DNA of 64,000 nt from an uncultured delta proteobacterium (lineage in GTDB: Bacteria > Desulfobacterota > Binatia > UBA9968): NCBI GenBank assembly GCA_963745835.1, contig CAVUZH010000023.1, forward strand, positions 1 through 64,000, given 5' to 3'. Position numbers and translations under genes: made by a program. Below the pieces are notes generated by a model, which searched no databases, was not told where the DNA came from, and was given only the letters and a program-made list of their open reading frames with translations. How positions within the stretch are numbered: position 1 is the stretch's first letter; every line of letters starts with the position of its first letter. Below, piece by piece: positions 21,053 through 32,565 of this stretch.

Positions 21053-22048
21053 TCATCTTTTATACAACTGCTTGATAAATCCTGACGTCTCCAGTTCTTG
21101 GACGAAACTCATATCGACGAAACTCTTGGGATCGGCTGTCGCGGCTTTTGGCGTGCGCGGCGCAATGTCATCGAGCAGTGTCTTTACTCCTTCGGCACTT
21201 GGGTACGGCACCTCCGGATAGGCGGCGTTATAGGCAAGGTAAGCGCGTTCCAAACCTTCCGGATCATTGCTCTTGAGGTTTTTGCCGATAAGCGCTTTGG
21301 TCTCTTCCTTGTTTGTCTTGATGTAATGAATCGCTTCGGTGAAAGCGCGCACGACGCGATTGACCAGCGGCCGCCGTTCCTTGACGGTTTTCTCGCGCGT
21401 GACAACGGCGTTGACGTGGTACGGAATTTTCAATTTGCCGATATCGAACAGGTCCCGGAAACCCATTTTCTCCGCTTCTCTGACCAACGGCTCGCCGAGC
21501 AGCGTGAATTGCGTGATGTTGCGCGACAGAGCGGCGAGACGCTGCGGGTTTTCTCCGGTTGCGATAATCTTTGTTTCCTTTTCCGGATCGATGCCGAAAC
21601 GGCGTAGGGCGAGACGCAAAGTCATGTCCGAGGTAGTGCCCAAGCGATTCACGCCGCCGGTTTTTCCCTTCAATTGTTCAACGCTGGTAATCTCCGCAAG
21701 CGAAACGATGTGATCGATGAACAACGGCAAATTAGTCGATACCATGACTGTATCGGCGCCGGCTAAACGGGATGTCACCAGAGTGGCCGATGGGGCAATG
21801 ATGAAATCCACCTCGCCGGTGAGCAATGCTTGAATTACGATTGTACTTGCGCTGATGCTGATCACCTCGGCATTGAGGCCGTTCTTCTTGAAGAAACCTT
21901 TCTGATCGGCCACCCATATCGGCGTATTGGACGGTGTACTGCCGGCCCAGGCGATGCGCATGCGTTCTTGAGCTAAGGCCGGCGCACCCGGTGCTAGCAT
22001 GGCAAGAAGAATGAGCAAGACAAGCCGCAGGCATCGATGCATGAGCAA
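21053..22048 (-). CDS. NMT1/SsuA-like ABC substrate-binding protein (orphan)
   Basis: Signal peptide, GFFKKNGL, LKGKTGGV, FVDMSFVQELE. Confidence 0.88.
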   Translation of the reverse strand: MLMHRCLRLVLLILLAMLAPGAPALAQERMRIAWAGSTPSNTPIWVADQKGFFKKNGLNAEVISISASTIVIQALLTGEVDFIIAPSATLVTSRLAGADTVMVSTNLPLFIDHIVSLAEITSVEQLKGKTGGVNRLGTTSDMTLRLALRRFGIDPEKETKIIATGENPQRLAALSRNITQFTLLGEPLVREAEKMGFRDLFDIGKLKIPYHVNAVVTREKTVKERRPLVNRVVRAFTEAIHYIKTNKEETKALIGKNLKSNDPEGLERAYLAYNAAYPEVPYPSAEGVKTLLDDIAPRTPKAATADPKSFVDMSFVQELETSGFIKQLYKR

Positions 22049-22449
22049 ACCCTCCCCCTTCCGTTTGGGCTCCTTGATGAGCCGATTTTTCCGTGCGCGT
22101 GAAAAGAAGCGTGGGGCGAGTTATAGCGTTGCTGTGTTTTGACTGTCAATGGCAGATTGAACAGCTCGACTCATTACCGGCATCAGTTCAAACCAAGCCG
22201 CCGTGACATAGTAAGTCAAGCAGAAGCCCGCGTAGCTCTCACAATGTTTGCCTGCGCATTCTCTGTTGCGTGTAAGATCGGCGCGGCGCCATTCCTTATC
22301 AAAAAAAAGTTCCAAGCGCATAGAGATGGGGCATGACAATTCCGTTGTGTGACTCGATTGATTACAACGACGGTATCAAAGCAGCTTGACACCTAGCCCG
22401 AGTTGGGATACTCAGCCGGCAAGTTCTACTGTGAGACAGGAGGTGGCGT

Positions 22450-23437
22450 GTGAATCCAAGCACGAGATCGATTGTCTGTCTTCTGACGATCACCGTCCTC
22501 ATCGCGCGGTTTCTCAAGCGCGGGCAATGCGCAGGGGCGGACTAAGATCAGGTACGCCTTGGGTGATGTCATTTCGATCGACGAACTGCCGCTTCTGATC
22601 GCGGTCGAGCAGTCAAAGCAGCGGGGCGTCGACGTGGAGGTTACTTCATTCAAGAGCGAAGAAGTGGCGACCCAGGCCGTGATCAACGGGCAAGCCGACG
22701 TCGGCCAGGGCACGCCATATGCGGCAGTTCAAAAGCTGTCGGTGCCGATCCGGTTTTTCTACCAGTTAAGCTCGCTCCTCTTCTACCCCGTGGTCAACAA
22801 GGAAAACTACAAGACTTGGAAGGACCTCGATGGGCAGGAGATCGCAGTTCAGGGCCGCGGTTCCGGAACCGAGGCGATCATGATGCTGGCGGCGAAGGAA
22901 CACGGCATCAAGTACAAGAACGTGAGTTATGTTCCCGGCTCGCAAGTCCGGGCCTTGGCTCTGTTGAAAGGCAACATCAGAGCCACCATCCTCGATGCGC
23001 CCAACAAGAACCTGGTCATGAAAGATGGCGCCGACAAATTCATTATCCTGCCGCTTGGTAATGTCAAAGCCAGTGACGAAGCGCTTTTTGCCATGAAAGA
23101 GTTTCTCGATAAAAACCAGGCCGGTGTCAGAATCTTTATCGAGGAGCTGACCAAAGTGGCGCGAGCCATTAATGCCAATCCCAAATGGGTTCTCGAGCAG
23201 CGCAAGAAACTCGGGTTGCTCAAAGATCTTCCCGCCAAAATGGAAGAGGAGATCCTGCCGTTTTTTCAGGAGGCGGTGGAAAACGGCGTCTACCCCAATG
23301 ATGGCGGATTCGGAAACGCGGTAAAGAACGATCTTGAATTTTTCTATCTGTCGGGCGCGCTCAAGGGTGAAAACCTGAAGGCCGAAGATTTCTGGGATCT
23401 CGGACCGCTGAAGAGCGCTCTCGCCAACGTGAAATGA
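22450..23437 (+). CDS. NitT/TauT ABC substrate-binding protein (indel in signal peptide)
   Basis: GGAGG RBS plus GTG at 22450; DLDGQEIAV...GSGTE; upstream of cognate permease and ATPase. Confidence 0.85.
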
Positions 23438-23642
23438 TTTGCGAGTCTCGGCTGGGAATGCCAGTAGTTGCCGCACGACCGAGTTATCATCGCGCATACT
23501 TGTGGCACCGAAACACAGGGCCGGCGCTCAGCCCACTTGCGAATGTCCTTTCGGAGAAGAACACATCTGTCAAGGCGCAAGCCTGATGCTTGCCGTCGGA
23601 AGTATAGGTTTTCGGAAAGACCGTCAATGAACTGCTGATCCT

Positions 23643-24410
23643 GTGCAGCGCGTCAAGCCGATCGCCAACCGTGTTATTTTGCAGTTGCTCTCTTTTGTTT
23701 TTTTCTTCGGCATTTGGGAGCTGGCTGGCCGCTGGCCGATCAGCCTCGCCTTTCCTCCCTTCAGCGAAACGTTCTTGGCGCTGCTGCGCATGGTCGCCGA
23801 CGGCAGTCTTTTGAAAGCGTATGTCTCAACCCTCCAGCCGCTGATCATTGGCGTCGTCATCTGTGGGATTGCCGGAATCGGCTTTGGCATTGCCATGGGG
23901 CTCTCGCGATCGATCGAGTGGTTGAGCTTGCCGGTATTCATAATTCTGCAGGCGGCACCTATGGCGGCGTTGATCCCTCTGATCACCTATATGTACGGAA
24001 TCGGTCTGACCTCGAAAGTCCTGGCGGTGGTTGTGCTGGCGGCGCCTGTGATCGTCATGAACTCCTACAAAGGAATCCGCAACACTAACCCCTCGTTGAT
24101 TCAAATGTGCCGGGCCTTTCTCGGAACTCGGCGGCAGGAAGTGATCAAAATCATTCTTCCTCATGCCGCCGGCCTCATCTTCGCCGGACTCAGACTGGGG
24201 CTTGCTATGGGATTTATCGGCATCGTCATCGCTGAGTTGATGATTACCCCAACAGGCATCGGCGATCTGATTACCTATCATAGTTCGGTGGCGGGCTATG
24301 CCGAGATGTTTGCCGCAATCAGTTCGATTGTTGCTGTGGCGGCGTTTACCATCTTTGCGCTCGAGCGGCTGGAGCGAAAGCTATTTCCGCCTGAAATTCG
24401 AGAGTCCTGA
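23643..24410 (+). CDS. NitT/TauT ABC permease
   Basis: TM helices; IILPHAAGLIFAGLRLG, VIAEL motif. Confidence 0.9.
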   Translation: MQRVKPIANRVILQLLSFVFFFGIWELAGRWPISLAFPPFSETFLALLRMVADGSLLKAYVSTLQPLIIGVVICGIAGIGFGIAMGLSRSIEWLSLPVFIILQAAPMAALIPLITYMYGIGLTSKVLAVVVLAAPVIVMNSYKGIRNTNPSLIQMCRAFLGTRRQEVIKIILPHAAGLIFAGLRLGLAMGFIGIVIAELMITPTGIGDLITYHSSVAGYAEMFAAISSIVAVAAFTIFALERLERKLFPPEIRES

Positions 24411-24414
24411 CACC

Positions 24415-25170
24415 GTGGAAGCAATCATCGAGGTGAGAAACGTCGCCAAGACTTACGAAAGCGGCGTCGAAGCGCTCCGGGACATTACTTTGGCGCTTCC
24501 CCGCGGCGAGCTCAGCACGTTTTTGGGGCCGAGCGGTTGCGGCAAAACAACGCTCCTCAAGATCATTGCCGGGCTGATCTCGCCGAGTGAAGGCGAACTC
24601 TGGGTGAAAGGCAACAAAGTGAGCGGTCCCGGTCCGGAGCGCGCTTTCGTGTTTCAAGATTTCGCGCTGCTTCCCTGGGCAAGCGTGCTGCGCAACGTGG
24701 CCTTCGGACTGGAGCTGCGCGGCATCCCGAAGAACGAGCGCCAGGAAATTGCCCGCAAATATATTGCGGAAGTCGGATTAACGAGCTTCGAGTCCCACTA
24801 TCCACACCAACTCTCCGGAGGAATGAAACAGCGGGTCGGACTCGCCCGGGCGCTCGCGATTGACGCCGATATCGTGCTGATGGACGAGCCTTTCTCCTCG
24901 GTCGATGAACAGACCCGGCGCAAATTTCAGGAAGAACTTCTCGACCTGCTCAAAATCAATCAGAAAACTGTGATCTTCGTCACCCATAGCATCGAGGAAG
25001 CCGCCTATCTTTCTAATCAGATCATCTTGTTGTCGCAGCGGCCTGGAAGTGTCTTAAGAATCATTCGGCCGAACATTGAGCGCGGCGCGAGCGCCGACGA
25101 AATCAGACGCGACAAGGGCTATCTCGATGCGGTCGACGAGATATGGAAAATCTTGAGGGATTACGTTTAG
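24415..25170 (+). CDS. NitT/TauT ABC ATP-binding protein
   Basis: GPSGCGKT, YPHQLSGGMKQR, LMDEPF. Confidence 0.94.
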   Translation: MEAIIEVRNVAKTYESGVEALRDITLALPRGELSTFLGPSGCGKTTLLKIIAGLISPSEGELWVKGNKVSGPGPERAFVFQDFALLPWASVLRNVAFGLELRGIPKNERQEIARKYIAEVGLTSFESHYPHQLSGGMKQRVGLARALAIDADIVLMDEPFSSVDEQTRRKFQEELLDLLKINQKTVIFVTHSIEEAAYLSNQIILLSQRPGSVLRIIRPNIERGASADEIRRDKGYLDAVDEIWKILRDYV

Positions 25171-25197
25171 TCTTCCGCTTCGCTCAGGACCGCTGCC

Positions 25198-25950
25198 ATG
25201 ACTTTCTTCGGCAAAAGAATTCCTCTTTTTTTCTCGCTGTTCGTCTGGTTTCTCCTATGGGAACTTGTCGGTCGGGCCGAGTATTCGATCATTATCCCGC
25301 CTGTCTCGCGAGTGTTCGTCGCGGCGATCACGATCCTACCAACGGCGAAGTTCGCCGCCGCGGCATCGATTTCGTTGCGCTCTTTCGCCCTCGGTATGGC
25401 ACTCGCGATCGTTATCGGCCTTCCTGTCGGCATCCTGATGGCGCGATTGGAGAACCTCGGCAAAGTTCTAAGTTTATGGGTTAACATCTTTGTCAGCGCG
25501 CCGATCTCCGCGCTGGTGCCGATTCTGATGTCAGTGGTAGGGATCGGCGAGACCACGGTCGTCGTCACCGTTTTTCTCTTCGCTGTGTTCGTCATCATCC
25601 TGGATACGCAGGTGGGAGTAAAACAGGCGGACAAATCGCTCGTGGAAATGGCTTTGTCTTTCGGCGCCCGGCGCGGTCAGATCTACACGAAAGTGTTGCT
25701 CCTGAGCGCCTTGCCGGAGATTCTAGCCGGTATGCGCCTGGGCGCGATTCGCGGAGTTAAGGGCGTCGTCATCGGTCAGCTGCTGATTGCGATCCTTGGC
25801 GTCGGCGAGCTTTTCGAGCTTTACTCGCGTAACTTTCTGATGGAAGAATTCTGGGCGCTGGTCATCGTCGTTTTTCTGTTCGCATTTGCGATTTCCGAAG
25901 TCATCTCCTTCTTCGAACGCCGGGTTGAATACTACGCAAGCGCCCGTTAA
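25198..25950 (+). CDS. NitT/TauT ABC permease
   Basis: LVEMALSFGA EAA-like loop, ALPEILAGMRLG. Confidence 0.9.
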   Translation: MTFFGKRIPLFFSLFVWFLLWELVGRAEYSIIIPPVSRVFVAAITILPTAKFAAAASISLRSFALGMALAIVIGLPVGILMARLENLGKVLSLWVNIFVSAPISALVPILMSVVGIGETTVVVTVFLFAVFVIILDTQVGVKQADKSLVEMALSFGARRGQIYTKVLLLSALPEILAGMRLGAIRGVKGVVIGQLLIAILGVGELFELYSRNFLMEEFWALVIVVFLFAFAISEVISFFERRVEYYASAR

Positions 25951-26190
25951 ACGTTCCACCGCTTACGACCCGCTATTGCGCAGTCAATCCTGGCTTGACT
26001 CAATTGAAAACCGCGAATCGCACAATGGATAATTGCGGCGTGGCCCAGGCAACCTGTCCAGGACCTGCTCTTTTAGCAAAGGGGCGAGAGCGGTGATCGT
26101 GTTGCCGGTTTCACGGATGCAACCAGATCAAAACCTGTAAAGGCTGCGCCCGGTTATTGGTTTCTGGTAGATGCTTAGCAGAGATTGAGT

Positions 26191-27198
26191 TTATCTTACC
26201 AGAAAAATCTGGCGCATCTCTTCTCGGAGCTTCTTAAACTCCTCGGCTGTCGGCTCTTCCATAAACAGCGTGCGTTGCGCCACGTCTGCGGCGCCTGGAA
26301 AAGCCGGAGAAATCTGCGGCGCCAAGACAAATTCGCCGGTTGCAGCCATGGCTTTTTGCCCTTCAGGTGAGCAAATATATTCGACGTACAATCTGCCGGC
26401 GTTCGGATGCGCCGCCTTCTTGCTCACTCCCATGTAATTGGTATCGGCGAGATATTTGTTCAAGCGCACGTAATCGATGGGGCCTTTGTATTGTCCGACA
26501 TATTTCAAGTACGTTATTCCCAAGGGAGCCTCGCCTTTGATAACCGTGTTGACGATCGGCGCGAACGATTCCACCATCAGCGGTTGCTGCTGCGCTAGAG
26601 CCTTTGCGAACTCTCGCCATTTGATGCCCTCATAGCGATCGAGGTCGGCCAGGAACTGCGCCGTGGTGGTATGACGCGAGGGATCCGGGATGGTGATTTT
26701 CCCTCTCCAGCGCGGCAGCAGAAGATCGCTAAGGGTCTTGGGCAATTCTTCTTTTTTGACCAGCTCAGTATTGTAAAGAATGCTGATCGGATTAAACCGC
26801 CACGGCGTCAAGATGCCGTCGGGTTCGAGAAATTGTTGGGGGAATTTTCCCGCGGACGAAGGCATGAACTTGTCGAAGACTCCTTCCGACTTGAGAATCA
26901 GCTGCGGTCCTTTGTTGCCTTCGATGACATCAGCGCCGGCCTGCCCGACGCGCCACTCGTTAAGCGCTCTTTCCAGGATGCCAGTGGTCGAAGCGCGCCA
27001 ATAGTCCACTCGGATGCCGTACTTCTTTTCGAAAGGATCGTTGATTACCTTCATGGTCTGCGGGGGCACGGCGGCGTAGACCACCACTCTGGCTTCTTTC
27101 TTGGCCGCATCAATGTCGATCGTCTGAGCAAAAAGCGGGAGGGACCAGGCAACCGTAATCGAAAATGCTAAAAAGAAAACATTTCTGCATCGGATCAT
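26191..27198 (-). CDS. Fe3+/AfuA-like ABC substrate-binding protein (orphan)
   Basis: AAKKEARVVVY, FEKKYGI, YNTELV, AAHPNAGRLY, SPEGQ. Confidence 0.85.
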   Translation of the reverse strand: MIRCRNVFFLAFSITVAWSLPLFAQTIDIDAAKKEARVVVYAAVPPQTMKVINDPFEKKYGIRVDYWRASTTGILERALNEWRVGQAGADVIEGNKGPQLILKSEGVFDKFMPSSAGKFPQQFLEPDGILTPWRFNPISILYNTELVKKEELPKTLSDLLLPRWRGKITIPDPSRHTTTAQFLADLDRYEGIKWREFAKALAQQQPLMVESFAPIVNTVIKGEAPLGITYLKYVGQYKGPIDYVRLNKYLADTNYMGVSKKAAHPNAGRLYVEYICSPEGQKAMAATGEFVLAPQISPAFPGAADVAQRTLFMEEPTAEEFKKLREEMRQIFLVR

Positions 27199-27308
27199 TT
27201 CAACACCCCCACGGTTAAACAGCTGAGCGCAAATTAATCGCGCGGGTGCCGGTTGTCAACGCGGTGGACGTATAGTAATGGTCGCGTTGTCGTTTCAAGG
27301 AGAACTCG

Positions 27309-28352
27309 ATGCCGCTGTTGATTCGCGCCGAAGATGTAAACGGGTTGTTGACCATGGAAGAAGCGATCGACGCGGTGGAGGCGGGGTTTCGCGAGTGGGG
27401 CAAAAGCCCGGAACTAAACGCGCCGCGAAAGCGCATCATGACTCCCGAAGGCGTGCGCGTCAGCGTCCATCCCGGAGGAATTCCTTCACTGGGAGGTATC
27501 GGCGTTCTAGCGCACTCGGAGCATGTCGCCGTATCCAAAGAAGTTCAGACCTATCACAACATGGGCGGACCGGTAACGGTCCTTTTCGATGTGAAGAACG
27601 CATCGTTAATGGCGATCCTGGTGGGCAGGGTGGCGCTCAAGGAACTGCCGGCAGAAAGGCCGACGCCGATAAGAACAGCGGCTACCAGCGCGGTCGGCAC
27701 GCGCTCCTTGGCGCGCGCGGACTCGAAGATCTTGGGCATCCTCGGTGCCGGCGGTGAAGCAAAGTATCATCTATTAGCCCTGGCCAAGACCCGGCCGTTT
27801 AACCTGGCCAAGGTTTATTGCCGGACGCAATCGACGCGCGAGCAATTTTGCCGGTCGATGGAGAAGCTGGTTCCCTGCGAAGTCGCACCCGTGTCCAGCG
27901 CAAAGGAAGCCGTCGAGAGCGCCGATGTGCTTCTCACCGCGACCAACTCCAATGTCCCGGTTTTCAGCGGCGAGTGGCTGCAATCAGGCGCGCACGTTAC
28001 TTCGATCATGGGGGGAAATGTTGGTCTGGTGCGCGCCGGAGTTGCGGCTACGCCGCGCCGGGAGCTCGATGACACGACCATCAAACGCAGCAATGTGATC
28101 GTGGTCAACTCCAGGGAGCAGGCGATTCAAGATGAGCAGGCAGATCTGTTCGGTCCGGTTCAGGCAGGATTTCTCAGCTGGGAAGATGTCGGCGAACTAG
28201 GTCAGCTGTTGAATAACGCCATTCCTGGCCGCACCAGCGCCAAGCAAATCACGCTTTTCAAAAACAACGCCGGTCAGGGAGTCGCCGATGTCGCCGTGGC
28301 AAGTAAGATTTACTCCCTGGCACGAAGCAATGGCATCGGCATGGAGTTCTAG
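27309..28352 (+). CDS. Ornithine cyclodeaminase/mu-crystallin family protein
   Basis: RTAATSA, GILGAGGEA, GRTSAKQITLFKN...DVA. Confidence 0.9.
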   Translation: MPLLIRAEDVNGLLTMEEAIDAVEAGFREWGKSPELNAPRKRIMTPEGVRVSVHPGGIPSLGGIGVLAHSEHVAVSKEVQTYHNMGGPVTVLFDVKNASLMAILVGRVALKELPAERPTPIRTAATSAVGTRSLARADSKILGILGAGGEAKYHLLALAKTRPFNLAKVYCRTQSTREQFCRSMEKLVPCEVAPVSSAKEAVESADVLLTATNSNVPVFSGEWLQSGAHVTSIMGGNVGLVRAGVAATPRRELDDTTIKRSNVIVVNSREQAIQDEQADLFGPVQAGFLSWEDVGELGQLLNNAIPGRTSAKQITLFKNNAGQGVADVAVASKIYSLARSNGIGMEF

Positions 28353-28510
28353 CAGGCTGAAAAAACTCCTACGTTTTTTGAAAGATGAATTACGAAAGAC
28401 GAAAGCTGACGATTAAATTTCCGTTTTCAGATTTCCGCTTTCATCCTTGTAATTCGCGCGACTCTGCCTCGGAGTCCTTGACCAGCCTGCGCCAGAGTTT
28501 TTCAGCAAAC
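28353..28510. mobile_element. MITE-like element with GCTGAAAAA terminal inverted repeats
   Basis: gctgaaaaaactc (28356-28368) and gagtttttcagc (28495-28506); related to the element at 62443. Confidence 0.55.
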
Positions 28511-28537
28511 GGCTGGGACTAATTCGATGAGAAACTT

Positions 28538-29518
28538 ATGAACATCGATCTTCACTCTCATTTCTTTCCTGTCGAGGCGTTACAGAATCCCGGCAAATAC
28601 GAAACTCGAGCGCCCAAGATCGTGCTCGACAAGGGCAAATTGTCCGTTACCTCCCAGATCGGCTCTCGCCCGGGACTGGGCCCGGGCGCATACGATCCAT
28701 CCGCGCGCATAAAGGCGCTGGACCAGATGAGCATCGATATCCAGGCGATCTCACCCTCGCCCATTTTGCTGTTCTACTGGGAAGAGCCGGCGGTAGCCGC
28801 GCACTTTTCACGCAAGCAGAATGAAGCCATTCAAGAGATTGCTACGAGACATCCGGATCGCTTCGTCGGATTCGGCAGCGTGCCATTGCAGAGCATTGCT
28901 GATTCCATCGAGATTGCCCGGGAAGCAAAATCCATGGGACTTAAAGGGTTGGAAATCGGCAACGCCGTGGGCGATAGACCGCTTGACGATGCTTCTTTCG
29001 AAGCGTTCTTCGATGCCGCGCAAGAACTAGACATGCTCTTGTTCGTTCACCCGCTCGAAGGCGGATTGGACGCCGACGATCCGTTATCGCCGATTCTCGG
29101 TAACGTGCTGCAATTCACTTTTCGCACGACCATGATGGTAGAGCGAATGATCCTCAAAGGAATGTTCGAGAAGTATCCTAATCTTCGGCTTTGTCTTTCC
29201 CATGGGGGCGGTCTGCTCGCTTTCAATATCTGGCGGCTCGACCATTCCTACAGCTTGCGGCCGGAGTTAAAGAAGATCATTCCCGACAAACCTTCAGGGT
29301 ATTTAAAAAAGCTGTACTTCGACACCATCGTCCATTCCGTCGTTGCGTTGCAGTACCTGGTTAAAGTCGTCGGTGCGGACCGGGTAGTAATCGGCACCGA
29401 CTATCCGATGGCGATGGGCGATTTCGACTCGGTGCAGAAGGTGATGCAATTGGATTTGCCGGCGGCGGAACGCGAGCTGATCCTCGGCGACAATGCCGCG
29501 CGAGCGTTAAGTATCTAG
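28538..29518 (+). CDS. Amidohydrolase_2 (ACMSD-like decarboxylase) family protein
   Basis: IDLHSH, LFVHP, SHGGG, GTDYP. Confidence 0.88.
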   Translation: MNIDLHSHFFPVEALQNPGKYETRAPKIVLDKGKLSVTSQIGSRPGLGPGAYDPSARIKALDQMSIDIQAISPSPILLFYWEEPAVAAHFSRKQNEAIQEIATRHPDRFVGFGSVPLQSIADSIEIAREAKSMGLKGLEIGNAVGDRPLDDASFEAFFDAAQELDMLLFVHPLEGGLDADDPLSPILGNVLQFTFRTTMMVERMILKGMFEKYPNLRLCLSHGGGLLAFNIWRLDHSYSLRPELKKIIPDKPSGYLKKLYFDTIVHSVVALQYLVKVVGADRVVIGTDYPMAMGDFDSVQKVMQLDLPAAERELILGDNAARALSI

Positions 29519-29595
29519 GTTGGACTCGACAATGCTCTCGACCCATCGCAGATGACGGTATCTCAGATAATGCGCATGTATTGAAGGAGGTTGCA

Positions 29596-30591
29596 GTGCA
29601 ACTCTCACTGATATTTCTTTTGGCTCTATTTTTCGCAGCATGCTCTACGATGGAGACAAGACCTCCCACGGCTTCCATTCTGGTCGATCTCGATCCGGGC
29701 AGCGCCGATCGTACCGTGATCGTCGAAAGCATCACCGCGGATAAGCAGGGCCGGCTTTATCTGCCGGATCGGGTCACGGGAAATATTCTGCGGGTAGATC
29801 CGAAGGCACCCAAACCGGAGGTGGTAGGCCGGATCGAGTCACGGCAAATCCAAGGCAAGAAGGTCAACGCCGACCCTTCCGGTGTTGCTTTTAATCAACA
29901 GGGCGATTTGTTCATCGCTGTGGGTCCATTCAGTGAGGTTGTGCGCATAAGAGGAGCCGACTTAGATCCGCAGAAGCCTGGAGTAGCCCAAACATTCGCG
30001 ACTGGAACGTCCGGCGCCAATGGCATCGTTATCGATCGTTCCGGAAACCTTTTCGTTTCGGGCGGCGGCAGCGGGATCGTCTATCGGGTGGGCCCGGATG
30101 GGGGCGCGGCTCAAGCCGCGGTTCAAATGGAAAAGCATGCCCGGACACTTCCGGATGGCAAGAGCCAACAGGCGATTGTTGCCAATGGTTTAGAATTTGA
30201 CCGCAATGGTGTGCTCCATGTCGCCGATACCGCCCGGGGCGCGATCTGGAAAGTGGTCATCGGACCAGATGGCAAAGGCGGCAAACCGAGCCTGCTCGCG
30301 CACAGCCCGTTACTCGAAGGTGCCGATGGACTGGCGTTTGATAGTCGCGGAGATCTTTGGGTTGTGGCTAACGAGCGCAACGCGCTGATCACCGTCACCC
30401 CGAACGGCGCGGTCCGGGAGCTTACTAAAAACGGTAGCCAAGGGCCGCTTGAGTTTCCCGCTGGGATTATCTTTGTCGGCAACACTGCGTATATCGCAAA
30501 TTTCGACACGCCGCGTCGCGATAACATGGACGACAACGGCAAGACTGCGCGTGACGGTATCGGCGCTTCGATTGCGCAGATCACGCCTTAG
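29596..30591 (+). CDS. SMP-30/gluconolactonase-like beta-propeller lipoprotein
   Basis: FAAC lipobox; repeated blades (ANGIVID, ANGLEFD, ADGLAFD). Confidence 0.82.
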   Translation: MQLSLIFLLALFFAACSTMETRPPTASILVDLDPGSADRTVIVESITADKQGRLYLPDRVTGNILRVDPKAPKPEVVGRIESRQIQGKKVNADPSGVAFNQQGDLFIAVGPFSEVVRIRGADLDPQKPGVAQTFATGTSGANGIVIDRSGNLFVSGGGSGIVYRVGPDGGAAQAAVQMEKHARTLPDGKSQQAIVANGLEFDRNGVLHVADTARGAIWKVVIGPDGKGGKPSLLAHSPLLEGADGLAFDSRGDLWVVANERNALITVTPNGAVRELTKNGSQGPLEFPAGIIFVGNTAYIANFDTPRRDNMDDNGKTARDGIGASIAQITP

Positions 30592-30759
30592 CGCGCTATC
30601 GAGCTAAAATTCCAGACCCGTAATGAGAATAGGTTTCGAACTTTCATGGGGAGCGGAACAAGGAAAAACTTGGGACGCTCCGTCTTGATTCGTGGTGTAG
30701 AAAGGTTCTGAGAACCAGTTTAAAAATTTGACCATCGATGATGCAGGCGAGGAGCCGCA

Positions 30760-31536
30760 GTGTCGTTACTCTCCATAGAAGGCGTGCGTAAGGAGTATCA
30801 GGTTCGGGGGAAGAGAGTTGTTGCCCTCGAATCGGTGGATCTTGACATCCGCGAGGGCGAGTTCGTCACCATCGTTGGGCCGTCGGGCTGCGGCAAGTCG
30901 ACTCTGTTGAATTTGATTGTCGGTCTACTGCGCTCGAGCGGCGGACGAATTGTTTTCAACGGCGCGGCCATCGACGGCATCTGCACGCAGATTGGTTATG
31001 TGACCCAGAAGGACAATCTGTTCCCCTGGCGCACTCTGATCGAGAACGTCGAGATCGCGCTCGAAATCAGAGGCATCGCCCGCATGTCGCGGCGCTCCCA
31101 GGCGGAGGAATTGATCGAGCGCGTCGGCTTGCGCGGCTTTGAAGATCATTATCCGCATGAGCTTTCCGGCGGCATGCGCCAGCGCGCCAACATCATTCGT
31201 ACCTTGATCTACGATCCCGAATTGATCCTTATGGACGAGCCTTTCGGACCGCTCGACGCGCAGACCCGAATCGTGCTTCAAGATGAGCTTTTAAAGCTCT
31301 GGTCGACGACTAAAAAGACCATTATCTTCATCACCCACGATTTGATTGAAGCGATCACCCTGGCCGACCGGGTGGTGCTGATGAGCTCGCGGCCGGGCAG
31401 AATCAAGGCGGTCGAGCAAGTCAATATCGCGCGACCGAGAGATGTCTTCAAAATTCATCAAAGCGAGCAGTTTCGCGCGGTTTATGAAAATTTATGGCGA
31501 GAATTGCGCCCTGAAGTGAAGTTGGCTGAAGCATAG
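30760..31536 (+). CDS. NitT/TauT ABC ATP-binding protein
   Basis: GPSGCGKST, LSGGMRQR, MDEPFGPLD. Confidence 0.94.
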   Translation: MSLLSIEGVRKEYQVRGKRVVALESVDLDIREGEFVTIVGPSGCGKSTLLNLIVGLLRSSGGRIVFNGAAIDGICTQIGYVTQKDNLFPWRTLIENVEIALEIRGIARMSRRSQAEELIERVGLRGFEDHYPHELSGGMRQRANIIRTLIYDPELILMDEPFGPLDAQTRIVLQDELLKLWSTTKKTIIFITHDLIEAITLADRVVLMSSRPGRIKAVEQVNIARPRDVFKIHQSEQFRAVYENLWRELRPEVKLAEA

Positions 31537-31550
31537 AAAGGAGAGTTCTT

Positions 31551-32565
31551 ATGAAACGGTTGATGATGATTGTATGCGCTGCGGCGCTCGGGTGTCTCGG
31601 CACTTCGCTCTCCGTTAACGCGCAAACCCCTAGAAAAGTGAAGATGACGATTCCGGTTGTGGCGCACTCGATGACGCCGGTTTACATCGCCCAAAGCAAG
31701 GGCTTCTTTGCCGAAGAGAAACTGGAGCCGGATATTACTTCCACCGGCGGCGGCGGCCCTGATATCCGGGCGCTGATTGCCGGGGATGTCGAGTTCAGTT
31801 TTACCACCGGCGACAACGTGATCCTGGCGCAGCAAGAGGGCAAGAGACTCTTGATGGTGATGAGCGGGCTCAACAAGGTTTTCATCAACTGGGCGATGCA
31901 TAAAGAAGCGGCCAAGGCCAAGGGCGTCACTGAATCGATGCCGCTGGCGGAGAAAATAAAAACGCTTAAAGGTCTGACCATCGGGGTCACGAATCCGGGA
32001 GCTTTGACCGCGCATCTTGCCGCATTTGTCGTGCGCAAAGCGGGTTATAACCCGCAGCAGGACGTTCAGATTGTTCCCGTCGGCGCCGGGCCCGACTTGG
32101 CTTGCCGCCTTGGAGAATCGCAAGGTCGATGTCGCCTTGACGGCGCCGCCGGTGCCCGAGACGGCGATCAGCCGCGGCTTCGCGATCATGTTCATCAACA
32201 ACGCCAAAGGCGAGGACCCGTCGATTCCCGAGTTCCTCATGGAAAATCTGATCGCCCGCCCCGAGACCGTCGCCAAAGATCCCGATCTCGTGCGCCGCAT
32301 GGTGCGGGCGCTAACCAGGGCGAACCAGTGGGCGCTTAAAAGCACTCCCGAGCAGGTCGCCGATGCTCTCAAGCCATTCATGGCCAAGACGCCACCCGAA
32401 CTGTTGCTGGCAGGGGCTGCTGCGGTGCTGCCGACGTTGAGCCCGGATGGCCGCACCAGCGAGCGAAGCTTTCAAATCACTCAGGAGATCCTCGAACAGG
32501 CGGGGCTGCTAAAGAAGCGCGTGTCCTACTCCGAACTCGTGACCAATGAGTTTCTCGCCAAATGA
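31551..32565 (+). CDS. NMT1-like ABC substrate-binding protein (indel near 32095)
   Basis: GFFAEEKLE in the first frame; continues TWLAALENRKVD in the second frame. Confidence 0.87.
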